Below the pieces are notes generated by a model, which was given only the letters and a program-made list of their open reading frames with translations, did no database searches and was not told where the DNA came from. 45,526 nucleotides of DNA, taken from assembly GCA_032718475.1 (NCBI GenBank), contig JAUCBJ010000039.1:1-45526 (forward strand), read 5' to 3'. Positions 1 through 12,148 of this stretch are shown in pieces (the first letter of the stretch is position 1; each line of letters starts with the position of its first letter). A program made the position numbers and the translations under genes. The DNA comes from Nemertoderma westbladi (taxonomy: Eukaryota > Animalia > Xenacoelomorpha).

Positions 1-133
1 TCATCCTCTGTAAGTACAGTACAGTTCGTTTTGCAGTCATCCTCTGTAAGTACAGTTCGTTCTGCAGTCATCCTCTGTAACTGTGTAAGTACAGTTCGTT
101 ATGCAGTCATCCTCTGTAAGTACAGTTCGTTAA
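1..133. repeat. Short tandem repeat, ~30-nt unit (gcagtcatcctctgtaagtacagttcgtt), about 4 imperfect copies, truncated by the window edge
   Basis: Unit visible starting at ~1, 33, 64 and 103 with small insertions. Confidence 0.85.
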
Positions 134-1069
134 GCAGTAACCCCACCCCCTCTATCTACTCCACAATAAACTTTCGTTTCCAGATTTGGTCCGGTGTTTG
201 GTGCCGGTCCCGACCTCCTAATTGGTAACAACTGCAACTCTCTGACTTCGAGTAAATCTGTGTTTCCCCACTCGTACAACGCTAGAGATACCCCGGCGAG
301 CATCATGGCTGGGGGACCGACCTTTGCTGTCTACGATATAGAGGTGTTTACCATTGCTTGTGGAGTGGGAGGCGGAGTAGCTGTGGGTCAGGATTCTGGG
401 TGAACCAAGACGGAAGGCCGGAACAGTTCGTAGTCGAGTTGGAACCAGTTGTGTACGAAGTTTATACAGCCTGCTCGATTTATCGTTGTGTTTTAATCTT
501 ACTTGGTACTATTGTAACAGTATATTTTTTAATTTTTTTAACTACCATACTGTAAGAAATTGATTTAGCAGTGATTTAGGATTTTAAATAGTCTGGTAAA
601 TATGTATAGTTACATGTCTCGAGTTTTTTTATTTAATATACATTAATTAATATTATTAAATAATATTAATTAATATAACATTTAATATATACAGTAATAT
701 ATTATTTCACTTAGGAACATCATAGAAAACTAATCTGTTCATAATATGTCTGTAATAGTTCATTACATTACCATAATGTAATTTTTCCATTGTGCAATAC
801 TGTACATATTTAATAATAAATAATTTAAAGAATACTGTTGAAAACTTGAATTCAGCTTTAATTATTGTTTTAGTAGGACTCACGCAACACAATATCACCG
901 AAACGTTGCGTTGCGAAAATCAAAATCATCGGCACCGGACACGGTACCGGTAATGATGGGACTTCATTTCATGCTTAAAAAAATAAATTCTGGTATACCG
1001 TAATTTATTGATTTTTAGGCACCAAACCTGATGACTTAAAATCCTTTATATATATATAACCTTATAACA

Positions 1070-1153
1070 GCTTTTTCGGTCGCAGCCCCAACCGTATGGA
1101 ATTCACTACCGGCAGATATCCGCACGGCGAAAACCCTGGATATTTTTAAATCA
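1070..1153 (+). pseudogene. Short relic of the C-terminal end of an L2/CR1-group LINE ORF2
   Basis: Translates AFSVAAPTVWNSLPADIRTAKTLDIFKS, matching the AFSVAAPxxWNSLPxxIR...FK motif that ends L2/CR1-group ORF2. Confidence 0.75.
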
Positions 1154-1792
1154 ATCAAATCGGGATAGGCCCGGGCCTTTATTAGCTAGTGAAGAATAAT
1201 AACGCGAAATAAGAATAAACAATATTAAAACTGCATAGTGGGCCTACTACTATTATACTAAGACTACTTTGATAACCCCCCCCCCCCCCCCCCCCCCCCA
1301 GCCACAGACCCCACTACTAAATACTATAGCCAAACCTGTGGCCAAACCAGTCACTTTTTGGGAAAAAATAAAGTTTATCAAAACCCAACATATGATATAT
1401 ATTCTGAAAGCTCAGAGTCCGTAGAATTCAATGCGAGTATTGGCCGACCTTAAATATGATCTGTAAAAAAAATGGCAGTGATTTTTTATGTCCTTTTATT
1501 TGACTTTTTTTGACCTCCTTTTTTTACGAATTGTGCATAATGACTTTTGTTGTTCCTTTAATGACTTTTGTTGTCCTTTAATGACCTTTTATGTATGTAT
1601 TTCTTCAAACTGTCAGACTGATGATTTCAGGACTGTCAGACAGTTGATTTCAACATGCCTATGCCAAAACATTCAAAATTTGTTGATTTCTCCGAACCAT
1701 TATTTTAATAGGATAATTGGTTACAGGCGTGGGACACTTGTCCCCCTGTTGTAAGCTCCATGTAAATGTAATGAGAGCCTGGTTTCAGGCGG

Positions 1793-2990
1793 TGTTCGCG
1801 CTTTTAGACCTTTAGCAGTTTAACCTGCCAATTTTAGGTGTCTTCTAGTTTCTAAATCGACTTTAGCCTATAACAAGTATTTGGTGCACATAAAGTTACA
1901 TTAGCCGAAGCCAGTCTATGCGCGACCATTCACCCACGGTTAAGGGAGACTGGATTCGGATGCTCTGACCTTATTGCGGTGTAGACTTACTGTATTGTTC
2001 GATTGCTCGTTACTATAATATCTCTGACAAATATTATTCACTTTCGGGAAATATTAACAGTTCCTTTAGGACGTGGCGCTCTAAGTATGTAAACAGAGTT
2101 ATGACTTACACTAAACACAACGGGATGGCTAATGATTTTCGTATAAAGCCAATTCTTTAGGAAATGCTTTGTTATCTGTCACACTCATGCACACTACCGC
2201 ACACTGCTGCACACTGATCTGCCGACCTTCACTAAATTTGATCATATATAAGGAGAATAGCAACTGACACATGTAGGGATTATGAAATAGCATTCAATTC
2301 ACTCCAAAACCACTATAATGTAAGTCGCAGTTGCTACAGGTAACTGGTCCCTCTTACCTTCAGTATATCAAGAAGATTGGGGTTTTATGATTATTTATCG
2401 ATATTCTCCAAATATAACAACATATCCATCAACTTATAACAATTAATAACCGACAGTAAACAGAAGTAAAATAATGCGGTGAAAGTTGGGTAGTACGTAA
2501 TGCATTGAGTTGACTGGACTGTACCGTGTTAACAGTTATACGTTCCTATAATCAAAGCCGTCTAATGTTTGGCTAAAGTCTGAAACTCAGAATAATTCCA
2601 AAGCCGATGTTCTGGGGCTCAGGAAAAGGTAAACAAAAACCGTCATGCATTGCGCGATTTCCCGTAGGCTTCTGTGCAAATAAAATGAAAATCGCTCTGA
2701 TTGGTCGAGTGAGCCGAACAAAGAGAGTTAAGAAAGCTCCACATCGACATTAAATCAGCTGATAGATTTCGTCATCTGAATTACACTGTGTTAAGAGTAT
2801 TTGGCGTATTGCGGCATAAAATGGCTTGTTATGTCCGCTAAAGTACACATACAGAAAAAATGGCTTTTTATGTCCGCTAAAACACCTACACAGTACTTTG
2901 CGGGAAAAATGGCTTGTTATGTCCGCTAAAACAACTAAACAGTTCATTGCGGAGAAAAAATGACTGGTTATATCCGCAAAAGCCTTTACA
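1793..2990 (-). repeat. 3' LTR of BEL element 1 (1198 bp)
   Basis: Nearly identical to 27264-28462 (about 14 substitutions and 1 indel by eye); TG...CA ends; conserved CCAAT motif (plus ctctgattgg) and repeated atgtccgctaaa motifs in U3. Confidence 0.97.
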
Positions 2991-3000
2991 CCGCTCCCAG
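2991..3000 (-). promoter_or_regulatory. Polypurine-tract-like site (minus CTGGGAGCGG) abutting the 3' LTR
   Basis: Plus ccgctcccag directly adjoins the LTR; the same sequence adjoins the element 2 LTR at 39172-39181. Confidence 0.75.
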
Positions 3001-3068
3001 GAAATGGGATTTAATTCTATAAATTATAAAAAATCACAGTTTCTAAAATATAAAAATACTCTAAACAG

Positions 3069-4622
3069 TTAGTCTTTCTTGCGCGGACGGCGTTTACGCA
3101 GTTTTTTGAGGCTAGCAAGAGTCCTTTTCTCTTTGGGGCGAGCCACTTTACTAGGAGGGCTATAACTCCTGGGTGAAGGGTGCAATACAATTGCATCGGA
3201 AGGTTTAGGATTACGGTCGGTGTATCCGCCGGTCGAGGTACCCGGTTGATCGATATCAACCTCAATGGAGCGAGGTCGAATGGCCTTTAGAGCGCATTTC
3301 AGGACAGCAGCTCTTACTGGTCCCTGACGAGTCGTCTGAACGAGAGTGGTGGGTGGACCATGGGCAGTGAGAAACTTCCTCGGTTTAATGGTTCTTTCCA
3401 ACTCGCGTTTTCGGGCTCTATCGGAATCGATATGCTTCTCCTCGAGCTGATTTTCCTCCGCTTATCGTTGGAAGCATTCGTCCAAAACTCTTGCAGAGAG
3501 TAGGGTCGTCCAAGTTCGATATCTTCTTAGAGATTCTGGATTTCCCGATCGAACTGAGATAAAGCTAATTCGTTTACCGCTTGGACTTGCGGCTGCAATT
3601 TACGTTTCTCCAAACAATCGTAGGTTCCTTTTCCGATCTTTTGTCGAATAGTGTCTAACGCGTTTTGTTAAACTCTCTCCTCCACCTCGGTGACAGGTTG
3701 TATCGGGGTTAGATCGGGACGATTATACGGGTTGAACGGCGATATTAGGTGTCCGCATCCCAATCCGGCTAGGTAAGATGGGCGAATATCTAGGGAGCCC
3801 ACAACCGGAGTGCCACCGACTAATTGTTCGGGTAACACTAGATCTTTGAACAGTGAGTACAGTTCGGGAGGATCCGTGATACTATTAGGATCAAGAGTCT
3901 GAGGTCTCACTAGGGAGTGAGGAGGCCTGACCAAGTATTCCGGAACTCTGATCATAGGTTTATTTAAGGATCGTTTGAGTCGAGCGAGCGTAGATGATAC
4001 ATCGAACAAGTTTCGCTCGAAACTCCCGTAAATATAGCGAGTAAAACTGTGTTTAGAGCAACGTCTCCGCGGATGTTTATGTCTTTCCGTTTGTTGGTTG
4101 GGTCTTGGGCATTCATCGCAATAATACCAAAGACGCACGTCTTGTAGGGGAAATGCGGGTGATCTTTCTTCAGTTTTACAATGTTTCTCTCAAGAATTCC
4201 AAATATACGTTGGAGTCACCGCGTTTATCCGGATCTTTAAAGTATTCTCTTTCGAGTCGATTTCGAATAGAATTTTCACATTCGATTCTCAGTTTATTGT
4301 TCTGACTCTGCTGGGTATGATATTTAAATAGGACTATTTCCCTTTCGGTGTCGACATCGCGCGTATCGTGTAAATCCATAGGATGACCAGTAGTTAAGAA
4401 GTCCATATGCGTACCATTACGATGCGTATAGCGAGCAGTGAATTTTCGATAGTCCAATTCACGAGTGAGTTGCTCCTGGGACATTGGCAGTTCGATATAA
4501 CGACCATCGTCCTTCGTAGCAGTTGGACTAGCGTCGCAGCGTATTAAGCTATCAACAAACGCTTGCAACGGTAGAGTATATCGCTCCCTGATACCAAGAT
4601 CATCTTCTATCAACTCAGTCAT
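3069..4622 (-). pseudogene. Accessory 3' ORF of BEL element 1 (~517 codons when repaired); unknown function, one CCHC-like motif, basic C-terminus
   Basis: ORF pieces 4622-4176, 4138-3668 and 3401-3069 join with two frameshifts (~4190, ~3460) and two in-frame stops; N- and C-termini match the ORF at 40701-39250. Confidence 0.85.
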
Positions 4623-4838
4623 AGCTGCTATATGAGTTTATCAATATTATAATTAGTTATAATTAGGCTAGCGGGCGTTGCTGCCTACCCATCACGGCCC
4701 CCGGACAGCGCAAGATCCTCAGCGCTGATGTACTTTTTTTCTGCAGTAGTCGGACTACTGCTGTACCACAGTAGGCCTGTGGTAGGACTTTCAGACTATC
4801 TGTAAGCCGTGCAGTACTACTGTACTATTGTATTAGTA

Positions 4839-5664
4839 ATGGCTAATAGAGCCAAATATTCAACCTTAGATGAAGCGCGACGATTGAGTAATGCTGGTGT
4901 CAACAAGCTGACCAATTCAGAGCTCAAAAATCTTCTCGCTATGTACCGTGACGACAACATCTCACGACTCAATGAGAGTGCTACCGGTACCGTCAGCTTG
5001 TCTCAAGCAAACAATATCGGTTCCCCGAGTAATGCTGACATTCTGAAGGAGATATCTCTACTTCGGAAAGAAGTTCAAGAAAGTTTGAAACTAAAGGAGC
5101 AGGTCGCCGAGTTGTCTACTAAATTAGATTCAGCGATGCAGATAATCCAGTACCAACAAGGTTTCATGGAATCCATTGATACGCAACGCTGGGAAAAAAA
5201 CCTAATAATCACGGGTGTTACGGAAGGCTCCACTCCCGATCATGATTCAGACCAAGTTAAGCAAATTATGAATGTTCTAGAGCTGGACAATGACCAGCCG
5301 AATTGGGAGATAAAGCGATTAGGAAGGATGGCGGTGGATACACAAGCTCAACGAGGTAGACCGAGACCAATACTTCTTATAGTGCAGGATAAAAGAGCTA
5401 GAGATCTCATACTGGGAAAGGCGCGGAAATTGAAGGAAGCATCAGATCCGTTTAACAAGGTGTACATAAAGAAAGATGTTCATCCACACATCCGGAAAGA
5501 AATGGCCAGATTGCGCAGCGTAAACGGGAGGAAGAAACTTATCCAGGTAATCAGGGATGTAAAATCTTGTTGAATTACCACGAGCGAACTCTTATTCGCG
5601 ATAGTATAGTAATTGACCGCTTCAATCGATTTAGCGGAACACGGAGCACAATTATACTGTTCTA
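4839..5664 (+). pseudogene. LINE-A ORF1 (coiled coil + RRM-type, L1/CR1/L2-like ORF1p), frameshift near 5520
   Basis: Heptad region LKEISLLRKEVQE...; motifs NLIITGVTE, RLGR, RPRPILL, VYIKKD; alternative frame continues ...GNQGCKILLNYHERTLIRDSIVIDRFN. Confidence 0.8.
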
Positions 5665-8627
5665 AAACTGTGCTCGTGGAATGCGTGCGGGGTTAAAGAT
5701 AAACTTCTATCACCCCATCTCATAGAATATTTTTGCGAATTTGACTTAGTTTTTGTATCTGAATTAAAGACTGTAGGATCTATTTTTTTACCGGGGTTTA
5801 AATGTGTAGGAAAATATTTGGTAAAATCTAATCGGGGAGGAGTAGGGCTATTTGTGAAACATTTCCTTATGAATCAGATTCGCAAGATCGAATTAGGTAA
5901 CGATGGAGAGACAGAGTGTATCTGGATTGAATTCAAATGTTTGCAAGGGGTTCGTTTGGGGGGGTATTATATTCCGCCTAGTAGTTCGCCGTACTTTAAT
6001 TCGATCCAATTTGCAAACTTACACGCAAAGTTATCAGGAACGGAGTCTGCAATTGTATTTGGTGACCTAAACTCTAGGGTTGGAAATATAAATGGGAACG
6101 GTACTTGTGACTACTCGGTAAATACTCACGGTGAACGGCTCGCAGAGATTTGTTCAGCCACTGATACACTTGTTTTAAACCACCTACGGCTAGGAGATCG
6201 GGAATTAGGGGGTGGGCTATCATATAAACAGGGATCTCGATGGATTTCTGAAGTTGATTTAGCACTGGGAAAAGGTAATATAATACAGGACGTGAAAACT
6301 CTGGAACATAATCAGTCCATTGGACATTCCGATCACGCGTCACTTGAGTTGGTTCTTGTTGCCAACTTAACTCAAAGCGACCATAAACTTCTTTATCGCG
6401 CGTCCTTACTGGGTACCACTGACCACGAGGTACGTCCAAGCCGGATGACTACAGTGATAAGCAGTAAACGCCACACAACAGTAGACTGTGAGCAATTCAA
6501 AAGATTAATGGGTAGAATACAACCACCAAATATTGAATTAGTGATGCTCATGCAGGATGGTATCGACACACTTGTCAACGAGTTTAATGGAATAGTCTCA
6601 CAATCAGCGCAAGAGTGCAATCAGAAGCGACCAACCAACCGGTGTTCAAACAATTCGACAGATTATTCAAGGTGGAAACGCCTACTTTCTAATAATGATT
6701 CAAAGCAAATCTGGAAGGCTATCAACTGGAAAGGGCAATTAGATCATAACGAACAAAGTAACGAGAGACCGACGAAGAACAATTTATGTCCCATTTCGAA
6801 ACTCTTTTAAACACGAATAACGAGGAGTACTTACTGCGAGACGAAGATGCGTCAGGAAATCGAGCTGACTATCCGGATTCTCCCCACGTACCCGTCTTAG
6901 ATGATAACTTCACCGAGAAAGAATTCGCAGAAACCCTGGCTGATCTAAATATCAATAAATCATTTCTAGGGACGAGTGTGGGTCTAATATGCAGATTACC
7001 CGGGTGTTGGCTAATTTTTCTGCTGTCAATATTTAACGCGGTATTTAATAACTCAGGCTGGTGTCTGCTCTCCTGGTGCTATAGTAAACTTTTGGTATTA
7101 TATAAGTCTGGCGGCAGATTGTGTTGTGGTAATTATCGGGGGATAAGCATCCTGGATACTCTGGCGAAGATCTATGACTGTATGATAAACTCTCGTCTCG
7201 TACGTTGGGTGAGTTTCGATAAGTGTCAAGCGGGCGGACAGAAATTTAGGGGTTGCATCGAACAAATTGTGACTTTACGCTTATTGATAAATCATGCGGT
7301 TAATAAAAAAATTAAATTATATGTAATGTTCATAGATTTCAGTAAAGCAGTTTATAAAAGTACAAAGTGTCTGTTAGAAGATGCCGTTATTATTTTTAAT
7401 CTGGGACTAAGGCAGGGTGCTCCCACTAGCCTAACACTATTTTGTTTATATTTGAACGAGTTTGTGCATAGATTACGATTAGCATATCATATCGACGGTT
7501 TTCTAGGCGCATTACAAATTTTACTCCTAATGGATGACTCAGTCATATTATCGACTTCACGTAAATCATGCGAAGAAAAATTCAAAATATTAGTAGATTA
7601 CTGTACAGACTATGGAATGATAATCAATCAGAAAAAAACAAAATTTTTTATAATAAACGGTAGTACCGATGATTCTAATACTATTATTTATAATGGTATT
7701 AGTGTGTTGAGCTGCAACGAGTACATTTATTTGGGCTCGCCATTTACGCAGGATGGCCAGATAAAATCTGTCTTAAAAATACAGTCTAAGCGGTGTCATG
7801 AATCAATTAATAAATTTATAATTTTCTGTGATGCTAACCAAGCTATGCCCTTCTTCTTAAAGTATCGTGTTTTTGAGTCTTGCTTATCAGCATCTATTTT
7901 CTACGGCTGTGAATCATGGTTCTCCGGCGACATTAAAGCAATTGAAAAAGTGTACTTTAAGGCACTTAAAGCATTACTTGGGGTACGAGAAAGTACACCA
8001 AACGACTTGTGCACTTTAGAGCTCGGAGCGAAACCTCCACAAGCGAGAGTTATAGAAGCACAAAAAAAGTTCGTTACGAAATTCGAGGCTATCACGGATG
8101 AACATTTACCAATCAAGCAGGCTCTAAAAATTTGTGAAAGTGATGGATGTAATGGCTGCCAGACCCTGAAAGCATCAGTTTCAATTAATCTAGGTGTGTT
8201 GTTAGAATCGGTTAAGGTGCGGGTTCGAAATAAGCCAATAACAGCGACTAAATTTAATACTTACTCTACAACCTTAAACCCATCTCTCGAGGTGCACGCG
8301 GTCTACCGAAATCAAAAATCCACCGTAATAGCTGACTACAAACGCCTAGCGTTAACGCGCCTTCGATTGATATCTCACAACCTTAGGATTGAGAGGGGAA
8401 GGTGGAGCCGGACCCCATCGTGCGAGCGGGTATGCAGTTGCGATGGAGTCTCTGTTCAAACAGAAGAACATGTTATGCTTAGATGCAAAATGACTAAGAC
8501 ACTACGGCTTAATTATAATTTTCAGTCTTATATAACTTTCTCAGATCTCATGTCGGTTGAAAATACATTAAAGCTCTGTAATTATATTAGCGAGGCACTC
8601 GAGCTAGCAACAATGGATAAAAATTAA
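5641..8627 (+). pseudogene. LINE-A ORF2: AP endonuclease + reverse transcriptase + C-terminal CCHC; frameshift near 6780 and probable internal deletion after DFSKA
   Basis: APE motifs SWNACG, YIPP, GDLNSR, SDH; RT motifs NYRGISIL, DFSKA, GLRQG, LMDD; C-terminal RLISHNLRIERGRW...CSC...EEHVMLRC. Confidence 0.92.
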
Positions 8628-9285
8628 TATATGAACTGAAACACAGAATACTATTACTGGGAAAAATTAGAACTCTTATACGGGGAAAAAAATGATTTTA
8701 TATTATTGGGGGATTATTATTATATAATTAAATTACATAAGTGAATTTTGTGCTTACCAATAGGAGTTGTGCATTAGAGATTATTTAAGTATTATAAAAT
8801 ACATATTCTATTACGTACATCAATAACTGAAATGAAAAATTATTTTACTGAAGGTATTTAACTTTGGACATACTGATATCTATAGAGTAACTTGTGCAGA
8901 AATTTTGATAATTCAGGTATAAATTGTTTATATTATTATTTAGTACCAATGTTAAAGTTTTGTGCTCCATTATTCATTATGTCAATAAACATATATATAT
9001 ATATATATACTGTCGCCGCTGTGCCTATCGCCAACATAGTAGCTGCACAACGACAACAACAACCTGCGCGAGTCACTCCACTGTCCGTCCCAAGGGCTTA
9101 GATTTACTTCAGGTTCTTACTGCAGAGGTAGAGCTACTTTCACAACTGCGACTCGCTACTGTAAACACACTTTAGTAGTAACATTCACCTATAAACGCAC
9201 AAATTCCACACAACTGTCACAAACCGCACACATTCGGGCCATTTGTCCGTTAGTCAAGTGCCTTCCAGAATGCCACGTTATTATC

Positions 9286-12148
9286 AGAACCAACGAAACA
9301 TTTTCCAGAACCGGTGTAAACACTCCTGGTGTATTGTCCCCCACCCCCACAGGTGCCAAAAGTACAGATGAAACCCTTTCAAGAACTGCCGGAAACACGG
9401 TCAACGAAACTCCCTCCGTACATGCCATTCAAGAAGACGAAACTTTTTCAACAACTGTTGGAAAAATAACGAATGAAACTTCCTCCATACCTGCCCCTCC
9501 AGCGAATCAAACTCACTCCATGGGCGTCACAACAACAGTCAATGAATCTCCCTCCTCACATACCACTCACATGGAAGAAACTCCCACCACACCTGCTGGA
9601 AATAATATGGTGAACGAAACTTCCCCTACAAAATATATAAACGAAATAATAGTGGAGGACCTGGGAGAGAATGGTGAATGGATTAAGAGAACAACACCAA
9701 ACAAAATTGTAAACATCATACACAGTAAACATGCAACTGAAGAAGAATATGTACATGTCTACCCAGACATTGAGAATGGTTTTAATTAATATGCAGTAAT
9801 ACTAGCAGCTACAAGAGAACCAAGAAAAAGAGGCCTCACTCTACTGAAACCAGGCGATGGTGATTGGGGTTATCTAAAACCAAAGAGGAGATTCTCAACG
9901 ACTATTGTCGATGCGTTTCTCTCAATTATATCTATATCCAGCGATACTATATGCAGTATTGACACCGGTCTGTGCACAAAACTACACCAAGACACATTCG
10001 ACATTTCGAGTGCAGTAACCTACTTCACCGCAGTCTGTGATATATCTGCTACCCCATTAATACTTATTCCAGATTGTGATGGATCACATTTTCTCCTACA
10101 TGTAGCGAATCAATCTGAAAGGAAAGTATATACATTATGCAGCTACACTCGTACCATGCCGGCTGTAGCCCTGACACATGAGATATGTAAACTTCTCAAT
10201 CTTATAGATAAAGTAAAAGGCTGCCATAGGGATAGCTGGGTTGCAACGAGTCGGAAATCACCATACCCCCTTCAGCCAACAACAAATAACTACGACTGTG
10301 GAGCTTTTCTCTGTCTGTATGCTTATCTACTCAGTGAAGGAGAACCTCCTCTCCCTTTAGATAGCGGGAGTGACAAACTCCGGATGTGGATAGAGAAATC
10401 TCTTAAAGATGTCAAGGTCAACGAAGCACCCATAATAAATGTAAATGAATCACGATGTAACTCAAACTCAACATGCCTAAATAGTACTCAGACTGGAGAC
10501 GATGTGAGTCATGTAAAACACATTCGAAACACCAAACCAAACAGCGTTACAATGCAACCAAAGATAGCAGTTCCACCAGATAATCCAGCAATATATGAAC
10601 TAATGCAAGGGACCAGGAAAGAGGTAATATCGGTCATCCTATCACTGTCTGATGAAGATAGAGATTTGACACGAACGGCGCTATATGAAAGAATTAAACC
10701 AATGATGTCGCCAACACAAGCAACGACTCTCAAGATGAGGCAGAGAGGTTCTATGAATGAGATGGCTATTGACTTATATGAAATCATGCGAGCACTGATG
10801 GAGAACTGCTTCACAGAGCAATGCAGAAAGAGGCTCAAATATGAACAACCAGCCATTAATGGCGATGCGGTGACACAACTGCGATCAGAATTTCTGACAT
10901 CAATCAGCTGTCTTCAAACAAGAATTTGCAAACTTGAAACTGATTACAACCATATACAACAGGCCAATGACATACTTCATAGCGAGCTCACACATGAGTG
11001 TCATATTAGAATGATTCTTCAGGAACAGATCAACAATTTATCGACCAATACAGAGCTATTAGAAAATGAAAATAACAAAGTAAATGTTGAACGTCGAGGA
11101 ATGGCTATGAAATCAACTAAAGGAGCTGAAAGATCTGCTAATGACGATGAGTTCATAACAGTGGACGAAATAGCGGGTTCTGAATCATTGGAATCAAGTG
11201 GGTACCAACAGGTTAACCCGAAAAAGAACCGTAGAAAAGTGAAACATAAACGATCAGCTACAACACTCCATTCCAATGGCCAAAGAAATCGCCAACCAAA
11301 CGGTATAAGAAATAGATATGAAGTATTGGGAAACGCAGCCATAAATGAAACTTCTAGTCACGCAATCATTAAACAAGTACCGGTTACGAATGCTACAGAA
11401 GTAATAAATAGCACACCAACGTTTGTGGAGAACTACAAACAGCTGCAGGTAGAACACACATTTAATGGTGGACACACGACAGATAATGAAAGTATATTAA
11501 CTGTAGATGAAGCCATATGTTCACCTTCAAAGCCTCCACTAGAAGCCGACAGACAGAAATCAACACTAACTAGCAAATATACAAATGAAGTCAATACTGT
11601 TAAAGACTGTTACACACACCTTAAAGATTTGAAGCTATAATACTGTTAAAGATACGCCATTACGCAGAACAATAAGCGCACAGGTGGACCATTATGAATC
11701 CAAGAAAACATATAGAACAGACCAGGATTCATTAGCAAATACTCACTCGATGACTACGAGGAAACGGAGTAACAGTAGCAGCCCAATAATATGTGCAGAT
11801 TCTCAAAAATATGGGGCAATACTTATCAAGGGGATCCATAGGAAGCACAACGAGGAGGACATTGTCAATCATCTAGAAGAAAATGGAATACCAGTGTATA
11901 GAATAACCACTCGGCTATACAGAGATGCAAAAAATATGAAAGTCATAGTACGAAATCACTACGTTGAGAAACTAATGACCAGTAAACTCTTTGGGAACGG
12001 TATAAAACTTGAATATTGGGGAAATTACAGCTCCCCAATATATACAACCCAGCGGAGACAAGTGAATGGAAGTACAAAAACCACCCGTACCTCAGGCTAC
12101 CAAATCGATGACATCAAAATAAGGAGGGGTGTATATCAATGCTCCTAA
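9286..12148 (+). pseudogene. LINE-B ORF1: Thr/Ser-rich repeats, Ulp1/C48-like cysteine protease domain, coiled coil, C-terminal RRM-like region
   Basis: 9334-9789 and 10156-11640 are one frame split by a single TAA (9787-9789); 11684-12148 joins after removing a 46-nt insertion; motifs IVDAFL, LILIP..GSHF, PLQ...YDCGAF. Confidence 0.75.

Larger units (their letters stand above)
4735..9007 (+). mobile_element. LINE-A: APE-type non-LTR retrotransposon, near full length, nested in BEL element 1
   Basis: Flanks rejoin to match the empty site in element 2 (~40808-40812); short TACT duplication at 4731-4734 and 9008-9011; AATAAA plus (AT)n tail at ~8984-9007; ORF1 and ORF2 present. Confidence 0.93.

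Noticed and set aside
2750-2947. Identical 65-aa ORF at 2750-2947 and 28222-28419
   Set aside because: Identity only reflects LTR duplication. The ORF is not preserved in the diverged LTRs.
3069-4622. env gene at the canonical env position
   Set aside because: No signal peptide, fusion peptide or transmembrane anchor; the C-terminus is strongly basic.
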